Of a DNA stretch of 64,000 bases, positions 38,801 to 49,800 are shown piece after piece (position 1 is the stretch's first letter; each line of letters begins with the position of its first letter). The notes beneath the pieces are model-generated. The model saw only the letters and a list, made by a program, of their open reading frames with translations, did no database searches and was not told the DNA's origin. A program made the translations under genes and the position numbers. Source of the stretch: a virus (taxonomy: Duplodnaviria; Heunggongvirae; Uroviricota; Caudoviricetes); the IMG/VR virus record IMGVR_UViG_3300020045_008999, positions 256,001-320,000 of that record. One strand, given 5' to 3'.

Positions 38801-41800
38801 GATGAGTTTATTGTAAGCATTCCTAACTTAGACTGTGCATTGTCTCCTGTTGTAGGTGCCCAAAGATACCCTAAAGGATTATTAGTTCCGATTCCTACAA
38901 AACCATTATTCTTTATTCTTATAGCTTCTATAGGAGATGCTATGTCACCTACTGTCAAGCTTAAGTCCCCTAAGTAACCAGCACCTAGAGAAAGAACTTT
39001 AGTAGAGTAATTATAGTTTAGTCGTCCTTTATAATATACATCAACACCTATATCAAGATTAGAGTTGCCATCAGCACTCCCTAAGATCAGAGACTTTGCT
39101 ATTGAAACATCGTTAGCACTTACTGTTAAATTCTTATTCCCGCCTACAGTAATTCCTAACTCAGTAGTGTTACCACCTGCGAATATAAATGCTTTATTAG
39201 CACTAGCATGAGCACTATTATAAACACCTACTTGTAAAGTAGATAATCCATTATCATTTACAGCAGTAAAACTTGAGTACCCACTAGTAGAAGTCTCTTT
39301 GTAGTTTAATCCATTAGAGTCTTGAAAAGCCTTACTATTTGCTACTGAGGTAGCTCCTGAAAATATAGGAATAAAATTATTTGTTCCACCGCCTTCAATA
39401 ATTGAATTTGTTATTCCGTATCCTGCTAAAGTTGTAGGGTTTGCAGGTGCTGATAACACACCGGTAGAACTTACTACAACAAATCTGTTTCCAGTTCCTG
39501 TTAAATTAGATAGTGTGTTTACGCCAGTGGTTCTTAGTGTTCCTGTAACTTCTAGTCTATTTCCTGTGGAAGCTCCTCCAATACCTACATTCCCTGAGTT
39601 ATCTGCATGAAATACGGACATGCTAACATTATTCAACCATTCCATTGTTTGTCCACTAAACAAGTGTCTCCATCTAGCAGTTCCCGTTCTAGTGTATGAA
39701 AAAGATAGGTCTTCACCTGTAGTGGAAGCATAGTTGATCATGTCCGATCCAAAAGATCCAGCAACCTTTCCTATGTTTAAAATAGAAGATGTAAATATTG
39801 AATTATTAGTACCCTCTATTCTTGTATTTCCTAGTAATCTAGTGGTTCCTGCTACATCAAGCATGTAGCTCGAATTAGTATTTGTTCCTAATAATAAGTT
39901 TCCATACCATCTACCAAATACTGTTGCGGTATTTCCAAATACAGAAGTGTTGGAACCTAGACCTGTTACTGCATGCCCAACAACTAATTGATTAGTTTGC
40001 CCATCTGCTAGTACTTTACTATTCAATCCTATTAATATGGAACTTGTTGAAGTGGTGTTAACTGTTGAACCGTTTGCTATATATCTTCCTGCATCATGCC
40101 CTAAAAATACATTACCGGATCCAGTGGTATTTCCATAACCTGATTCATATCCCAGGAATGTATTATTACTTCCTGTGGTTGTTAAATAACCGGATCTAGT
40201 TCCTAAGAATGTGTTCTGACTACCTGTGGATGCTGTGAATCCTGCTTGATACCCTAGAAATGAATTGTTATTCCCTGTTGTTGTATTAAACCCAGTTTGG
40301 CTACCTACATAGGAATTATTTACTCCCATAGAGTTCAGATACCCTGCTTGATACCCTAGAAATGAATTGTTGGTTGCTGTAGTGTTAAACACCCCCGCCC
40401 TGTTTCCAATGAAGGTGTTTCCTATTCCAGAAGAATTGTACATTCCATTGTTGTCACCTATGAATACATTTGTTGCACCACTTCCTCTTTGTTGAAATAA
40501 CTTAGTATTAGAGCTGTTGTATAATTCTATTAAAGGCGTTGATATTGTAACTAACTGTATACTTAAAACTATAGTTCCATTAAAGTCTGATGTAGGTGTA
40601 ATTGTAAGTGCTCCTGTCGTCGAGGTTCTTGGTTGTATACTTCCTGTATTGTTAATTCCAACTTGAGTATGCCCCCCAAAATCTAATATAAAGGATCCTG
40701 CTGTTCTATTTGTTATTGTCCAAGTGATATTATATACATTGTTACTTAGAGCACTATTTGCTACTATAGTTGTAACACTTCCAGGAACGTGAGTGTAACC
40801 AGTTGTAAAGTCAGACCCTGTCCAAGAAGCATCAACTGTTCCTGTTGTTAATATATTCGTTCCCGCAGAAGGAGCATCACTAGAACTAGTTCCTCTTATG
40901 GTAGTCATTCCATAAAGTCTTGAAGTCCCATTAACGTCTAACTTAAATCCCGAATTTGTTGTAGATCCTATTATAAAATTCCCACTACTTGTAAGTAATA
41001 ATTTAGTGTCATCTGCTATTGTAGGGGACGTTAAATCTGTGGTTGTTCTATTCAAAAAATGTAAATCCCCTGTACCTACACCTCCAGCGGAAGTTCTTTT
41101 GAAAATTATTCCAGCTTTAAAATGATTATTATTTCCTGTTATAAACAATATACCTGTCGTGTTCCCGTTATTAGATGCTGTGTTTTGTACTGTCAGTGGC
41201 CAATTCTCTATAACATTTGTATTAGTTAATAAAGCTCTGGTAGATCCTGTTACATCTAATTTATAACCGGATGTAGAAGTCCCGCCTATAACAGTATCAC
41301 CTAATAGTTTAGTCGTTCCGGTTACCTCAAATTTAAACCCATTGTCTATTATGGATCCTATTAAGGTATTACCATTACTCTTTATAACTAATTTAGCATC
41401 AGTAGCTACAGTTATTGGAGTTGAGTTTGCATTACTACTAGTCAGAAAATACAAGTCCCCTATTCCAAAGGAACCTGTTCTCTTAAATATAATTCCACCT
41501 TTAACGCTATTAATATCACCTACTCCTATTAAAATACCGGTTGTGCTACCAACTGTAGCTGTGTTGTTGGTTACTGTTAAGTTCCAATTCTCACCAGTAG
41601 TAGTATCTAGATTATGAACTCTACTTTTTCCTATTGTATCTAGCCTATAGCCATTGTCAGTGTAAGTTCCACCATTTTGTAGTAATAAATTTCCTGTATT
41701 GCTAAAGAACTGACCTTGTGTAGTTCCTCCTGTTAAAAAAGATAGGTTGTTGCTAACTCCATGAATTCCTGTTGACATGTTGCCGTTAGGTACGGTTGAA

Positions 41801-42780
41801 AATGCTACCTGACTCACTCTCAAGAATCCCAGTGATGTAACACCATTTACTCTTAATCCAAAATTGCTTACATCGGTGAATGCCCCATTTACATATGACG
41901 GATTTATATCAACACCTACTAGCACATCATTATTAGCGGTAGCTGTTAGGGTTTCAGAATGATAAGTCCCCCTTGCTAATAATCCAGATGCATTGATATT
42001 TCCGGTTATGTACAATCTTGAAGCATCGGTATTTCCACCAATACCTAGGTTACCTGATGGGTTTACATACAAAGATACAGTGTTGTTTGCTCCTAAACCT
42101 AGCCAACTATTTTCAGTATTTACTAAGCCTAAAAATGGATTGAAACCGGTTAGTCTTAATGCGGCATGACCACTGCCAATATTTCCACCTTGTAATGTAA
42201 CCCCACCCGCCACTGGTGAGCCGGAACCTACTAATACTTGTGGTGTTGATACCGTTCCGGAAAACGTAGCATTACCACCATTAGAAATTGTTAATCTAGG
42301 AGTAAATGTAAAGCTGGCTTGTATGCCACCACCACTACTCTCTGCAATTACAAATGGTGTAGTATTTGCATAGGTAAGTATAGGAAATCCACCAGCTTTC
42401 TTGGTAAATCCTAATCTTGCATTTCCCGTATCAACCGTGAAATAAACATCATCTGAATTTATTGATAGTGATCCGGTTAAAGTACCACCGGATAGCGGTA
42501 AATAGTTATGGGTGTGTCCCGATAGTGAATATAATCCAGCATGATTTCCCCATCCAAATGCTGTATCCCAGTTAGATATGTTAGTCCCAGTGATAGTATT
42601 TGCGACATGGGTAGTTGACATTACCCCCAAGTCGGTAACCACTTGTGCGTTAGTTCGTCTTGATATCGTTTTCCCATCCACAGTAGAAACCGTTAAGAAA
42701 TTACCAACATTATTTGGTATAGATCCGATTAAAACCAAACCCCTTGCGTCAATGTCTACTAAAAAAGGCTTCGTCGGCAT
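35836..42780 (-). CDS. Long tail fibre / receptor-binding protein with C-terminal peptidase S74 intramolecular chaperone
   Basis: 2314 aa, G/S/T/N-rich repeats; C-terminal SSDKRLKDNI...GVIAQEIEEILPELV...YEKLVALLIEGIKE. Confidence 0.92.
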   Translation of the reverse strand: MPTKPFLVDIDARGLVLIGSIPNNVGNFLTVSTVDGKTISRRTNAQVVTDLGVMSTTHVANTITGTNISNWDTAFGWGNHAGLYSLSGHTHNYLPLSGGTLTGSLSINSDDVYFTVDTGNARLGFTKKAGGFPILTYANTTPFVIAESSGGGIQASFTFTPRLTISNGGNATFSGTVSTPQVLVGSGSPVAGGVTLQGGNIGSGHAALRLTGFNPFLGLVNTENSWLGLGANNTVSLYVNPSGNLGIGGNTDASRLYITGNINASGLLARGTYHSETLTATANNDVLVGVDINPSYVNGAFTDVSNFGLRVNGVTSLGFLRVSQVAFSTVPNGNMSTGIHGVSNNLSFLTGGTTQGQFFSNTGNLLLQNGGTYTDNGYRLDTIGKSRVHNLDTTTGENWNLTVTNNTATVGSTTGILIGVGDINSVKGGIIFKRTGSFGIGDLYFLTSSNANSTPITVATDAKLVIKSNGNTLIGSIIDNGFKFEVTGTTKLLGDTVIGGTSTSGYKLDVTGSTRALLTNTNVIENWPLTVQNTASNNGNTTGILFITGNNNHFKAGIIFKRTSAGGVGTGDLHFLNRTTTDLTSPTIADDTKLLLTSSGNFIIGSTTNSGFKLDVNGTSRLYGMTTIRGTSSSDAPSAGTNILTTGTVDASWTGSDFTTGYTHVPGSVTTIVANSALSNNVYNITWTITNRTAGSFILDFGGHTQVGINNTGSIQPRTSTTGALTITPTSDFNGTIVLSIQLVTISTPLIELYNSSNTKLFQQRGSGATNVFIGDNNGMYNSSGIGNTFIGNRAGVFNTTATNNSFLGYQAGYLNSMGVNNSYVGSQTGFNTTTGNNNSFLGYQAGFTASTGSQNTFLGTRSGYLTTTGSNNTFLGYESGYGNTTGSGNVFLGHDAGRYIANGSTVNTTSTSSILIGLNSKVLADGQTNQLVVGHAVTGLGSNTSVFGNTATVFGRWYGNLLLGTNTNSSYMLDVAGTTRLLGNTRIEGTNNSIFTSSILNIGKVAGSFGSDMINYASTTGEDLSFSYTRTGTARWRHLFSGQTMEWLNNVSMSVFHADNSGNVGIGGASTGNRLEVTGTLRTTGVNTLSNLTGTGNRFVVVSSTGVLSAPANPTTLAGYGITNSIIEGGGTNNFIPIFSGATSVANSKAFQDSNGLNYKETSTSGYSSFTAVNDNGLSTLQVGVYNSAHASANKAFIFAGGNTTELGITVGGNKNLTVSANDVSIAKSLILGSADGNSNLDIGVDVYYKGRLNYNYSTKVLSLGAGYLGDLSLTVGDIASPIEAIRIKNNGFVGIGTNNPLGYLWAPTTGDNAQSKLGMLTINSSGVTGYVGTALWTNYNPVTNTKDLTDVSWGLQMGRNGDSFSISRMPSNSTVAVSLLSITNVGVLSSYGNIIAPTFIGALSGNATTATNVTWSGITSKPTTIGGFGITDFNSLGDARWSLTSHTQAWSTITDSTSIDAINIARTVVTGGGTITISATYDVLWSQRFILMSNGNGSHFSTNGYFDITCPTSGTITGVGGATNKTATAAGIPLTTWDVLYYILPIGGNSSSIAANFRVVNYTSAFVIPYTWIKICARAEGGYVEFATGTSLRPSTSLNTNSFDILGADVSGAVASATILATSRNINGVAFNGSANITVADATKLPLSGGALTGSLTIPNQVPLILGDTGGTNGYFRLITSGGLNYIQSGIGAVSGTRADLIIGGNNAGSETVRFKADGTTVFTASVTAPTFIGNLAGNASSATTATNILNTGTVTLASATESNAITITQPSYSSNQPVKLLNFNWYSDTWSFGNIRSAGTASNGLGVFINGAEQVRFSTAGTVTATTFNGTIFNGAGTGLTGTAASLIAGKSIVLDRVGSTTNANTMFSDTPAGTMGWQDAYNPTNGGSFLWGNYLNMRHENGGASYGTQLYINWEGTDVMKYRSVYNNTFSSWKTLLDSSNFGTYALPKSGGDMSGNIGRSAHSSGHLVGSFNSVGGNGDKSNPIYTIGSSYLPTDSTLGNMYGIGFSNESFWGAGKGSGWGLYVAEAGIVRSTISVSGIWSSGSITGTGLISNSYVSLNGYLRSIDNGIAGGNTAFEIIGITDGSTGTYGSRLSLKTFGYNGSAYVFREALSLGANLTASFASSVTATGTIYASGSGGFACTTYVANGRSPIYYLGNATPYGLSYFQGTAGVVSGVDAIGFHFGTATAAGSKFTMSQDGTFRSTGDVIAFYSSDKRLKDNIKPIPNALDKISKIGGYTFEWNDKQNVYSGSDIGVIAQEIEEILPELVDTRDNGYKAVKYEKLVALLIEGIKEQATVIKNLELRISKLE
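40000..40470 (-). repeat. 17-aa NxFLGYxAG beta-roll repeats in the tail fibre
   Basis: Identical 29-mer CCTGCTTGATACCCTAGAAATGAATTGTT at 40241 and 40343 (102 bp = 2 x 17 codons). Confidence 0.85.
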
Positions 42781-42796
42781 ATTTTATAATTGATTT

Positions 42797-44239
42797 TTAT
42801 TTATGTATTACTATCCTGTATTGTGATGTGGTCGGTGGAATATTCACCGCTACATTCACTACAGTAGTTGATGATATGGTTACTTGTGTTTCTACCTGAA
42901 TTCCGCTAGATACCTCATATACCGCCACCATTACACCAATCGATGACAATCCATGCGTGAAGTTAAATGAGGTGGCGACACCATCACCGAAAGTGGTACC
43001 ATAATTACCAGTAAAAACATTTAAAGTGGTTATTAATTTTAATGGTGTTACGATTCTTGCATCATCTGTTCCCGCATTAGTTTCTGCTTGGGTTGCAATT
43101 TCAGCAATACCAGTTCTCGTTTCGGTAGCGGTTCTCGATGATAAATTTGCCGCAGTAATGGCCTTAGCAGTATCGGTACCGGTTTGTGTTTCTGCATCAG
43201 TAGCGAGTTGTACAATACCTTGTGCCGAAGTTGTTGCCTGAACGATATCTGCAATATTCTTGTTCACAACCGTCCAATGTGCTAATGTAGTCGGGTTATC
43301 TTGGTTGGCGATAATCATATCACCAATTTGAACTGCTTCGGTAAAGAATACACCAGCCACTGTTATCACATAAGTCCAACCATTTTTAATCCCGGCAATT
43401 GGTGTCGCGTCCAATAATGGACTATTTGTACTGGCATTATATCCCCCTTTATTCACTAAACCACCAGTTATTGCTGAATTGACAATTGCAATCTCAGCAG
43501 CTATTTTAGTACTAGACCACGTAGTAGTCGAAGCGGTTGCTGAATCGTTGATAGTACACCATACTAAATCGTTTGTGATTTGTGATCCTAGTAATTTACC
43601 CCACGCAGCGGTTGTCGCAGTAACTGCACGCAATACCCAACCAGCGGTTAGACCGGACAAGTCTAATAAATTAACCTCGGCTGCCGAAGCGGTTACGTCT
43701 GATATACTACTCAATGTATGTGAGTGTGATAAAGCCGCTGCCCCAATATCGGTATTTGTCATTGACCTAGTTGAAAAGCTGGTCACGTGTCCGTCACCAT
43801 TAACTACAACGTTACTGATAACCAATGCACCGGTTAGTGGTGCCCCTGTCAATGTATTTCCTGAAAAAGTTGGATGTGTATAATCATTTGCAGTTGGTGA
43901 ACCGGTGAACCCAAGATCTGATAAAGTCATGGTTCGAGTTGTTGCCGATGTTATATGGCCCTCTGCATTGGTCACCAGTGTCGCTAGTACAGTTGCACCT
44001 GATAAGGTAGGATTTACCGCCCCAACAACCGGATGTGTATATAATGCTCCTAAATTTAACCACTCATTTGGATTTGACAATCCAGTATATATGTATGCAG
44101 TTTTATCAGTAGTATTCCAATAGGTAAATCCGGCAATTCTACCCACTAATGAAGGGGCTGATGCTAAATTTTGTAAGGTTACGTTAAGCAATTGATTATT
44201 ATTCAAATCAATATCAACTAAAAAATTCTTTTTTGCCAT
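42797..44239 (-). CDS. Tail fibre/structural protein
   Basis: GIVQLATDAETQTGTD / GIAEIATQAETNAGTDD fibre repeats; TWSSTKI; C-terminal THGL domain. Confidence 0.8.
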   Translation of the reverse strand: MAKKNFLVDIDLNNNQLLNVTLQNLASAPSLVGRIAGFTYWNTTDKTAYIYTGLSNPNEWLNLGALYTHPVVGAVNPTLSGATVLATLVTNAEGHITSATTRTMTLSDLGFTGSPTANDYTHPTFSGNTLTGAPLTGALVISNVVVNGDGHVTSFSTRSMTNTDIGAAALSHSHTLSSISDVTASAAEVNLLDLSGLTAGWVLRAVTATTAAWGKLLGSQITNDLVWCTINDSATASTTTWSSTKIAAEIAIVNSAITGGLVNKGGYNASTNSPLLDATPIAGIKNGWTYVITVAGVFFTEAVQIGDMIIANQDNPTTLAHWTVVNKNIADIVQATTSAQGIVQLATDAETQTGTDTAKAITAANLSSRTATETRTGIAEIATQAETNAGTDDARIVTPLKLITTLNVFTGNYGTTFGDGVATSFNFTHGLSSIGVMVAVYEVSSGIQVETQVTISSTTVVNVAVNIPPTTSQYRIVIHK

Positions 44240-44252
44240 TTTTAATATTTTT

Positions 44253-44663
44253 TTAATTCAGCAATGCTATACCAGAGAATGCCGCATTGAACCGCACTAC
44301 TATTGAGGTATTGGAAATATACTCAACCGCACCATTCATTTCGGTACCCGCACTATCTAAGACAGTTACAGATGGTCTCTTACCCAACGAATGTGTTATA
44401 TTCCACACTGTTGCCGGAACATTTTGTGTATATGTTTCAGTCAAAATTGGCAGTGGTGAACTTGGTCCGGTTGGTCCTATTGGTCCCTGAGGCCCGGTAG
44501 CACCAATTCCAGTCAAACCCGGTGTATAATCACCTGTCCCAACATCTTCTAAATAGTTGCCATATCCATCATAATATTTCCCATTAATAATCTGTACAAT
44601 TCTTCCGTATCCATCTGATTGTAGATTATTAATTTGATATTCTGGAATTCTTCCGTCTGACAT
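44253..44663 (-). CDS. Small structural protein with short collagen-like segment
   Basis: GATGPQGPIGPTGP; WNITHSLGKRPSVTV; late motif 44691-44681. Confidence 0.75.
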   Translation of the reverse strand: MSDGRIPEYQINNLQSDGYGRIVQIINGKYYDGYGNYLEDVGTGDYTPGLTGIGATGPQGPIGPTGPSSPLPILTETYTQNVPATVWNITHSLGKRPSVTVLDSAGTEMNGAVEYISNTSIVVRFNAAFSGIALLN

Positions 44664-44707
44664 TTCTATTATTGCTTTTTCTATATATTAAAACTCTTTC
44701 TGGTTCT

Positions 44708-45343
44708 CTAAACTATTGTCATTTTAATATTAGAATTATTTAAAAGTTCTTCAAGATCTGCCTTTCTTAAATATTTCTTAAATTCACCATTTTCGTCATT
44801 GATGTTTTGCAAAATCCACTCGGTACCGTTAGAAGTATTATAAACATATTTATGCCCGTCTGAGTCTAATTCAATAACTCTTGAAGACAATTTATCGTAG
44901 AATTTTTTAATGTCTTCTTTGATTTGGTATAGTTTACATTCTTCCCATTCTTTATTACGTTCATCCCAAGTTTGGAATATAACATATTCTGGATTTTCCA
45001 ATTCGCTTGCTTCGGTACGGTATATGAACATGAATTTGCAAGATTTGGAAATAAAAGTATTGTAATCATCGGTATCTTCTACCTTTGATTTTTTTAACCC
45101 AACACTTGATATTGCATTTAAAAATTTAACATTATCGGATAAATACTCTATGTGTAATTTATTTTCATAATCATTTTTATCCAAATTAAATGTTTCGATT
45201 ATGTCAAGTTCAACTGCCCCGATGGAATCTAAAATCACATTGTGCCATAGGCTGAGTGATTCATTTATATCAATAAGTTCCTTTACCAATGACAAATCGA
45301 CCACAATTGATTCATTGAATTCGCTATATCTTTTAATTTTCAT
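44708..45343 (-). CDS. Late protein with capsid-targeting-like N-terminus
   Basis: MKIKRYSEFNES. Confidence 0.8.
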   Translation of the reverse strand: MKIKRYSEFNESIVVDLSLVKELIDINESLSLWHNVILDSIGAVELDIIETFNLDKNDYENKLHIEYLSDNVKFLNAISSVGLKKSKVEDTDDYNTFISKSCKFMFIYRTEASELENPEYVIFQTWDERNKEWEECKLYQIKEDIKKFYDKLSSRVIELDSDGHKYVYNTSNGTEWILQNINDENGEFKKYLRKADLEELLNNSNIKMTIV

Positions 45344-45354
45344 TCGTATATTTG

Positions 45355-45378
45355 GATTTTAATATATATATTAAAATC
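45355..45378. promoter_or_regulatory. Perfect 24-bp palindrome holding two superimposed divergent late promoter motifs
   Basis: GATTTTAATATATATATTAAAATC contains TTAATATATA on both strands, 11-12 nt from ATGs at 45343 and 45391. Confidence 0.75.
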
Positions 45379-45390
45379 ACAACTTTATAT

Positions 45391-46806
45391 ATGGAAATTT
45401 TGAAATTCGACACATTCACTACCAGTGATATAATAACAGAAACAGTGGATTTGGGTGAAATAAAGGACTCGAATAAGCCATCATATACGAATACTAACAT
45501 TGTACAGGAAATGTGCATTGCTATGATACTAATAAACAATTCTTTTCTGGATAAAATATTAGATGCCGGCCAATCAGCCCGATATCGCGAAAATTCACAA
45601 GTATTTTTAACGGATTTGAAAAGCTTACTTATGTCAAATAATCGCTTAGTATTCGGTAAGTTCATTGAAAATAAATGTGTAGTGGACAATGAAACTGCCC
45701 TGATTAATCAAGCATTTGACGGTGTTGAATTTGATATTGTCAAAAGTTGGGATAAATTGATTTCATCTAGGATAACTGCTCGGAATATAATTGACAAATT
45801 AATACCAAATGATAAACTGGATGTGGCATCAATATCTAAAATTTATTGGATAGGACCAAATAAGACAAAGCAATTCAATGAAGATCTTGTTATCGAATTA
45901 TTAGATGGTAAACAATATAGTTTTTTCATAAATAAATCGTTGAGCATGTCAAAGTCGTCTAGTTTCAACACCTTTGCGGATGAGGTGATGGGAAGTGATG
46001 TAGAAAACTTGTATGGTGAACGAAACATACAGGGTTGGGATAAATTAGCACAGAATTTTGTCAATATATTGTATGAAAACGCAAATAAAGAAATTCAATT
46101 ACATATTGAAAAATTCATAGAACCCAATAGGATGGCAGATTTAGGATGGTTTGAATATTTTGAGCTCACACATACTGACAAACGCTATAAGTTTTTGGGC
46201 GAATATATTAAGGAATTTGATAAAAACATTTCTAAATTTTCAGATTTAATGAATGAAATTTGGAAACACAGAGATATATGTTTTCTTGACCCAATCCAAA
46301 TTTATAACCAATGGATGAAATCAAAAATATTTATTCTAAATTCTAGAATTTTAGAACATTCATTCACCGAGGCGTTGACCACCAATAATATAAATGATAT
46401 TACTAAACTAGAGGACGGTTTTAAACTTGCTGATGGGTTTGTTAAGATGAAGTTAGTTAAAACAATTGTTAATAAATTAGGTGCCCTGGAAAGACCGGCA
46501 TATTATTTGGGATCCAATGGTAGAGCATTTGTACAAGCACCATCTAGAGACTTTTTTAGGAATAATTATGATCGGTTTTCCGTTAAATTTGATTACCATG
46601 TTAAAATGATAGTTGATCAAGACGATGAAGACAATAATGAATTTGTTATTAAAATTTTATTGGAAATGGATAATGAATTATTATTATCGGTTTATATAAA
46701 TGTTGATTTTGTGGGTGGGATATCCAGTAGACTTACCGCTAAATATAGATTCGAACCGGTTTCGGATTTTAACAATAGAGTTTCCGATACCAAACTGGAA
46801 GAATAA
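45391..46806 (+). CDS. Late protein with capsid-targeting-like N-terminus; possibly degenerate restriction-endonuclease-like fold
   Basis: Start MEILKFDTFTTSDIITE (ATG 45391); QEMCIA...YWIGP...EDLVIEL..YSFFINK. Confidence 0.6.
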   Translation: MEILKFDTFTTSDIITETVDLGEIKDSNKPSYTNTNIVQEMCIAMILINNSFLDKILDAGQSARYRENSQVFLTDLKSLLMSNNRLVFGKFIENKCVVDNETALINQAFDGVEFDIVKSWDKLISSRITARNIIDKLIPNDKLDVASISKIYWIGPNKTKQFNEDLVIELLDGKQYSFFINKSLSMSKSSSFNTFADEVMGSDVENLYGERNIQGWDKLAQNFVNILYENANKEIQLHIEKFIEPNRMADLGWFEYFELTHTDKRYKFLGEYIKEFDKNISKFSDLMNEIWKHRDICFLDPIQIYNQWMKSKIFILNSRILEHSFTEALTTNNINDITKLEDGFKLADGFVKMKLVKTIVNKLGALERPAYYLGSNGRAFVQAPSRDFFRNNYDRFSVKFDYHVKMIVDQDDEDNNEFVIKILLEMDNELLLSVYINVDFVGGISSRLTAKYRFEPVSDFNNRVSDTKLEE

Positions 46807-46825
46807 TATTTTGAATATATAGTAC

Positions 46826-49800
46826 ATGGCTATAAAATTCTCAATACCAAACATTCTATCATTGACTTCAACACAACCACATGATGGGAATTTATTATTT
46901 GTACCAGACATCAAACATTTGGTAGCTTTTGTTGAGGGAAATCTATCAGAAGTTGAACAGGGAATTACTGGTTTTGCTGATATAATGACTAAGTCAGCTA
47001 TATCTAAAAATTTAAACCAATGTGCCAATGATGAAGTATTTAATACGTATAAAAATATCGCTGGAATAACGCTACCATTAGAAAATACTAATTATTTACA
47101 AAATGGTAAATTCAAGGTCCCTATCGAAGATATTACCCTGTCAACTAGTGCAAATTATTCGGGGATGAAAGCCTTGGAGAAAAGTATAATCGAATCATTA
47201 TTTGAATCACAAAAGCCATATATGGCTATTTATAAAGGGATTTCGCAAAGTATGATTAAGATAGAAGATATCGTTGCATGCGTTTTGGCTATTGGTGGAA
47301 GATCATTAAAACCGGTTAATAATCCCAAAGCACTAGGATATGTGAAGAATCGATCAATCCTAGTAAGCGGGTTGGCCAATATGGAACTATTGTCTAACCT
47401 AGTACCCAGTGACATTTACACAAAAACAAAGCCATCTGACCTATCGTTGATTACGGTTGAAGAAAGTCGCGATGTTAAATATTCAACTGGTGAATTCGAC
47501 CCAAGTGTAAATTACGATTATTCATATGAATACTTTAATGAATCGCGCATCATATTAAATGACACTACAGTTGATGAAGATCCTCAGGATGGAAAACCAC
47601 CAGTTGTGGTATTCGGAATATACAACTCAAAGGGTGAGGTTTTGGATAGTGTAGAAGTTCCAACATGGTTGTCTGAATCAGGCAAATTTTTTGGTCAATT
47701 TGATAAACAGACTGACTTTAAATACAAATGGATGAAGGGTAAAACCACAAAGTATTCGCATACCCAACCAGAGGGATCCAAATGGAAAAGAGAAACGTAT
47801 CAATCTGATACTGATGTTAATGGGTTTTTAATTAAGAAGGGTGAAGCGGTGCTGTATTTTGATAAAACACAAACCAGTGATCATGAATTATATAATAACT
47901 ATTTTAGTGATGAAGTATTAAAAGAATTATCGAATGAAGATTTGATAAGTTCGGATAAAGTAAAGTCATTCGATGATGTTAAACAAAAAATCTTGGACAG
48001 CAGTTCCGGAAGTAACATGATTGAACAACTGCTATCAATGATGGTGAATTATAATTATATGAAGTTATATGATGGGGTCGAGACACCATTAGATAAGTAT
48101 GCATTCAAAGCAAAGAAGATTAATTATGACGGTAAATCCATTTGGATAGATCCTGAATCTGACTATGATTTGAAAGTTATCAAAATTGATTCCACATCCG
48201 CTATTAAATATTGGGACGTTACGTCGAAATCTGAAATTAAATCAGAGGTTGTTTTCTTTGACAGTAGAAGTATTGACATATATGTATCTGATCGCATGAC
48301 CCTTGGTAGTATAGATAATATAAATCCAACAGCACCACGCACCGCCACCACTACATTTAGTGCTATAGTTAAAAATAATGGAATTGCTTGGAATAGTTAT
48401 AAAGATGTTAATATGATTTCTATACCGAATCCATTGGATAGTGATAACTTCACTATAGAAGTGAGTAAAATTGGTAAGTCTGAATCCAAACATACCTTTG
48501 TTTTAGATGATAAACCAGGACCAAGCGAGCGATTAGGCATCCATATAAGTAATGCTGGGAAAGGATTGAACATTGGACAATATTCGATGACTACTCAGCG
48601 CGTCACTAACATAAGTAATCAAGTAATGGTTAGGGATTTTGGAAAATCACAATCAAAACTCATTGACATAGCACTCATTAATAATGATTACCTTAAAAAA
48701 TCTACAAAATACTCATCTGGTGAATATGGACAAGATTCACAATGCACAATTGAATCACTAATTAGATTTATGGAATATGGTGGTGATGTAGAAACATATT
48801 ATATGGTAGAGGGTATTCTGAGCAGCACCAATGATGGTCTATCTGTTGATATAGTTGGTGGTGGAAAAAGTGGACGTGGTTATTATAAACTAAAAGATGT
48901 GGTTAAGGCAGTGCGTAAATTCATATCCTTATTAATTCACTTATCGGTGAAGATTTTCCCACCAATTACAAAAGCGTTAGAAATAATTTCAAATCCGACA
49001 AAACTTCCTAATTTTGTGGTGGATATTATTAGGGCAAAAATTGGGGATGATTTTGGTGCCGGCGGGGTAAAATTTGAAACATTTTCATCTAAATTCATAA
49101 ATGGCATATCCATTGCAATGTCCAATATAGACAACATAAAACAGGATATAAATCTAGATTTCGAAAGTAAGAGATCTCAAATTGTGGATCATATTAATAA
49201 GACCAAACTTAAAAATTATTTTTATGTCAATAATGATCTAGAAGTCAAGTGTCTTTTGGATGGTGAATCAATATACGAACTATTTAATATAACCATTGGT
49301 ATTAAAGTGAGCGATATGATACCTAAATTGAAATTATATAAAAATAAAAAAATCGGTTCGGATGCTATACTTGCATCTGGTTCCAATTTAAGCCCTGAAG
49401 ATATAGAAGTGCTCAAAGTTGATTCAGCACTTTATAAAAACCTATCATCAGTAACTTCGGTTTCTACACTATCCGATATTAGTGTTGTATATTCAACCGG
49501 AGATTATATAGAAGGGGTTGATTATGAATATACCTATGTTTCTGAGAAAGTTTCTGAGATCATACAAATTGGTGAAGCATTAGTGGAATCGGGTGATTTG
49601 ATCGGTGCCTTGAAAGTATATTCACAATATATATTATTAGATCCCGGCAATCAAACCATTCAGGATAAATATAAAAATACGTTCGATCGGGCTGGGAAGG
49701 ATTATTTATATGAAATGGGGTTAAATAATCCGTTATTTGATCTTATGTTGGGGATGATTAGTGCACCCATTAAAATGGTAAAGGAGATCATTGATTATTT

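Noticed and set aside
40241-40371. Identical 29-bp direct repeats as possible CRISPR or DGR template/variable repeat
   Set aside because: In-frame coding repeats of a 17-aa unit; only two copies, no adenine-specific mismatches, no RT or cas genes
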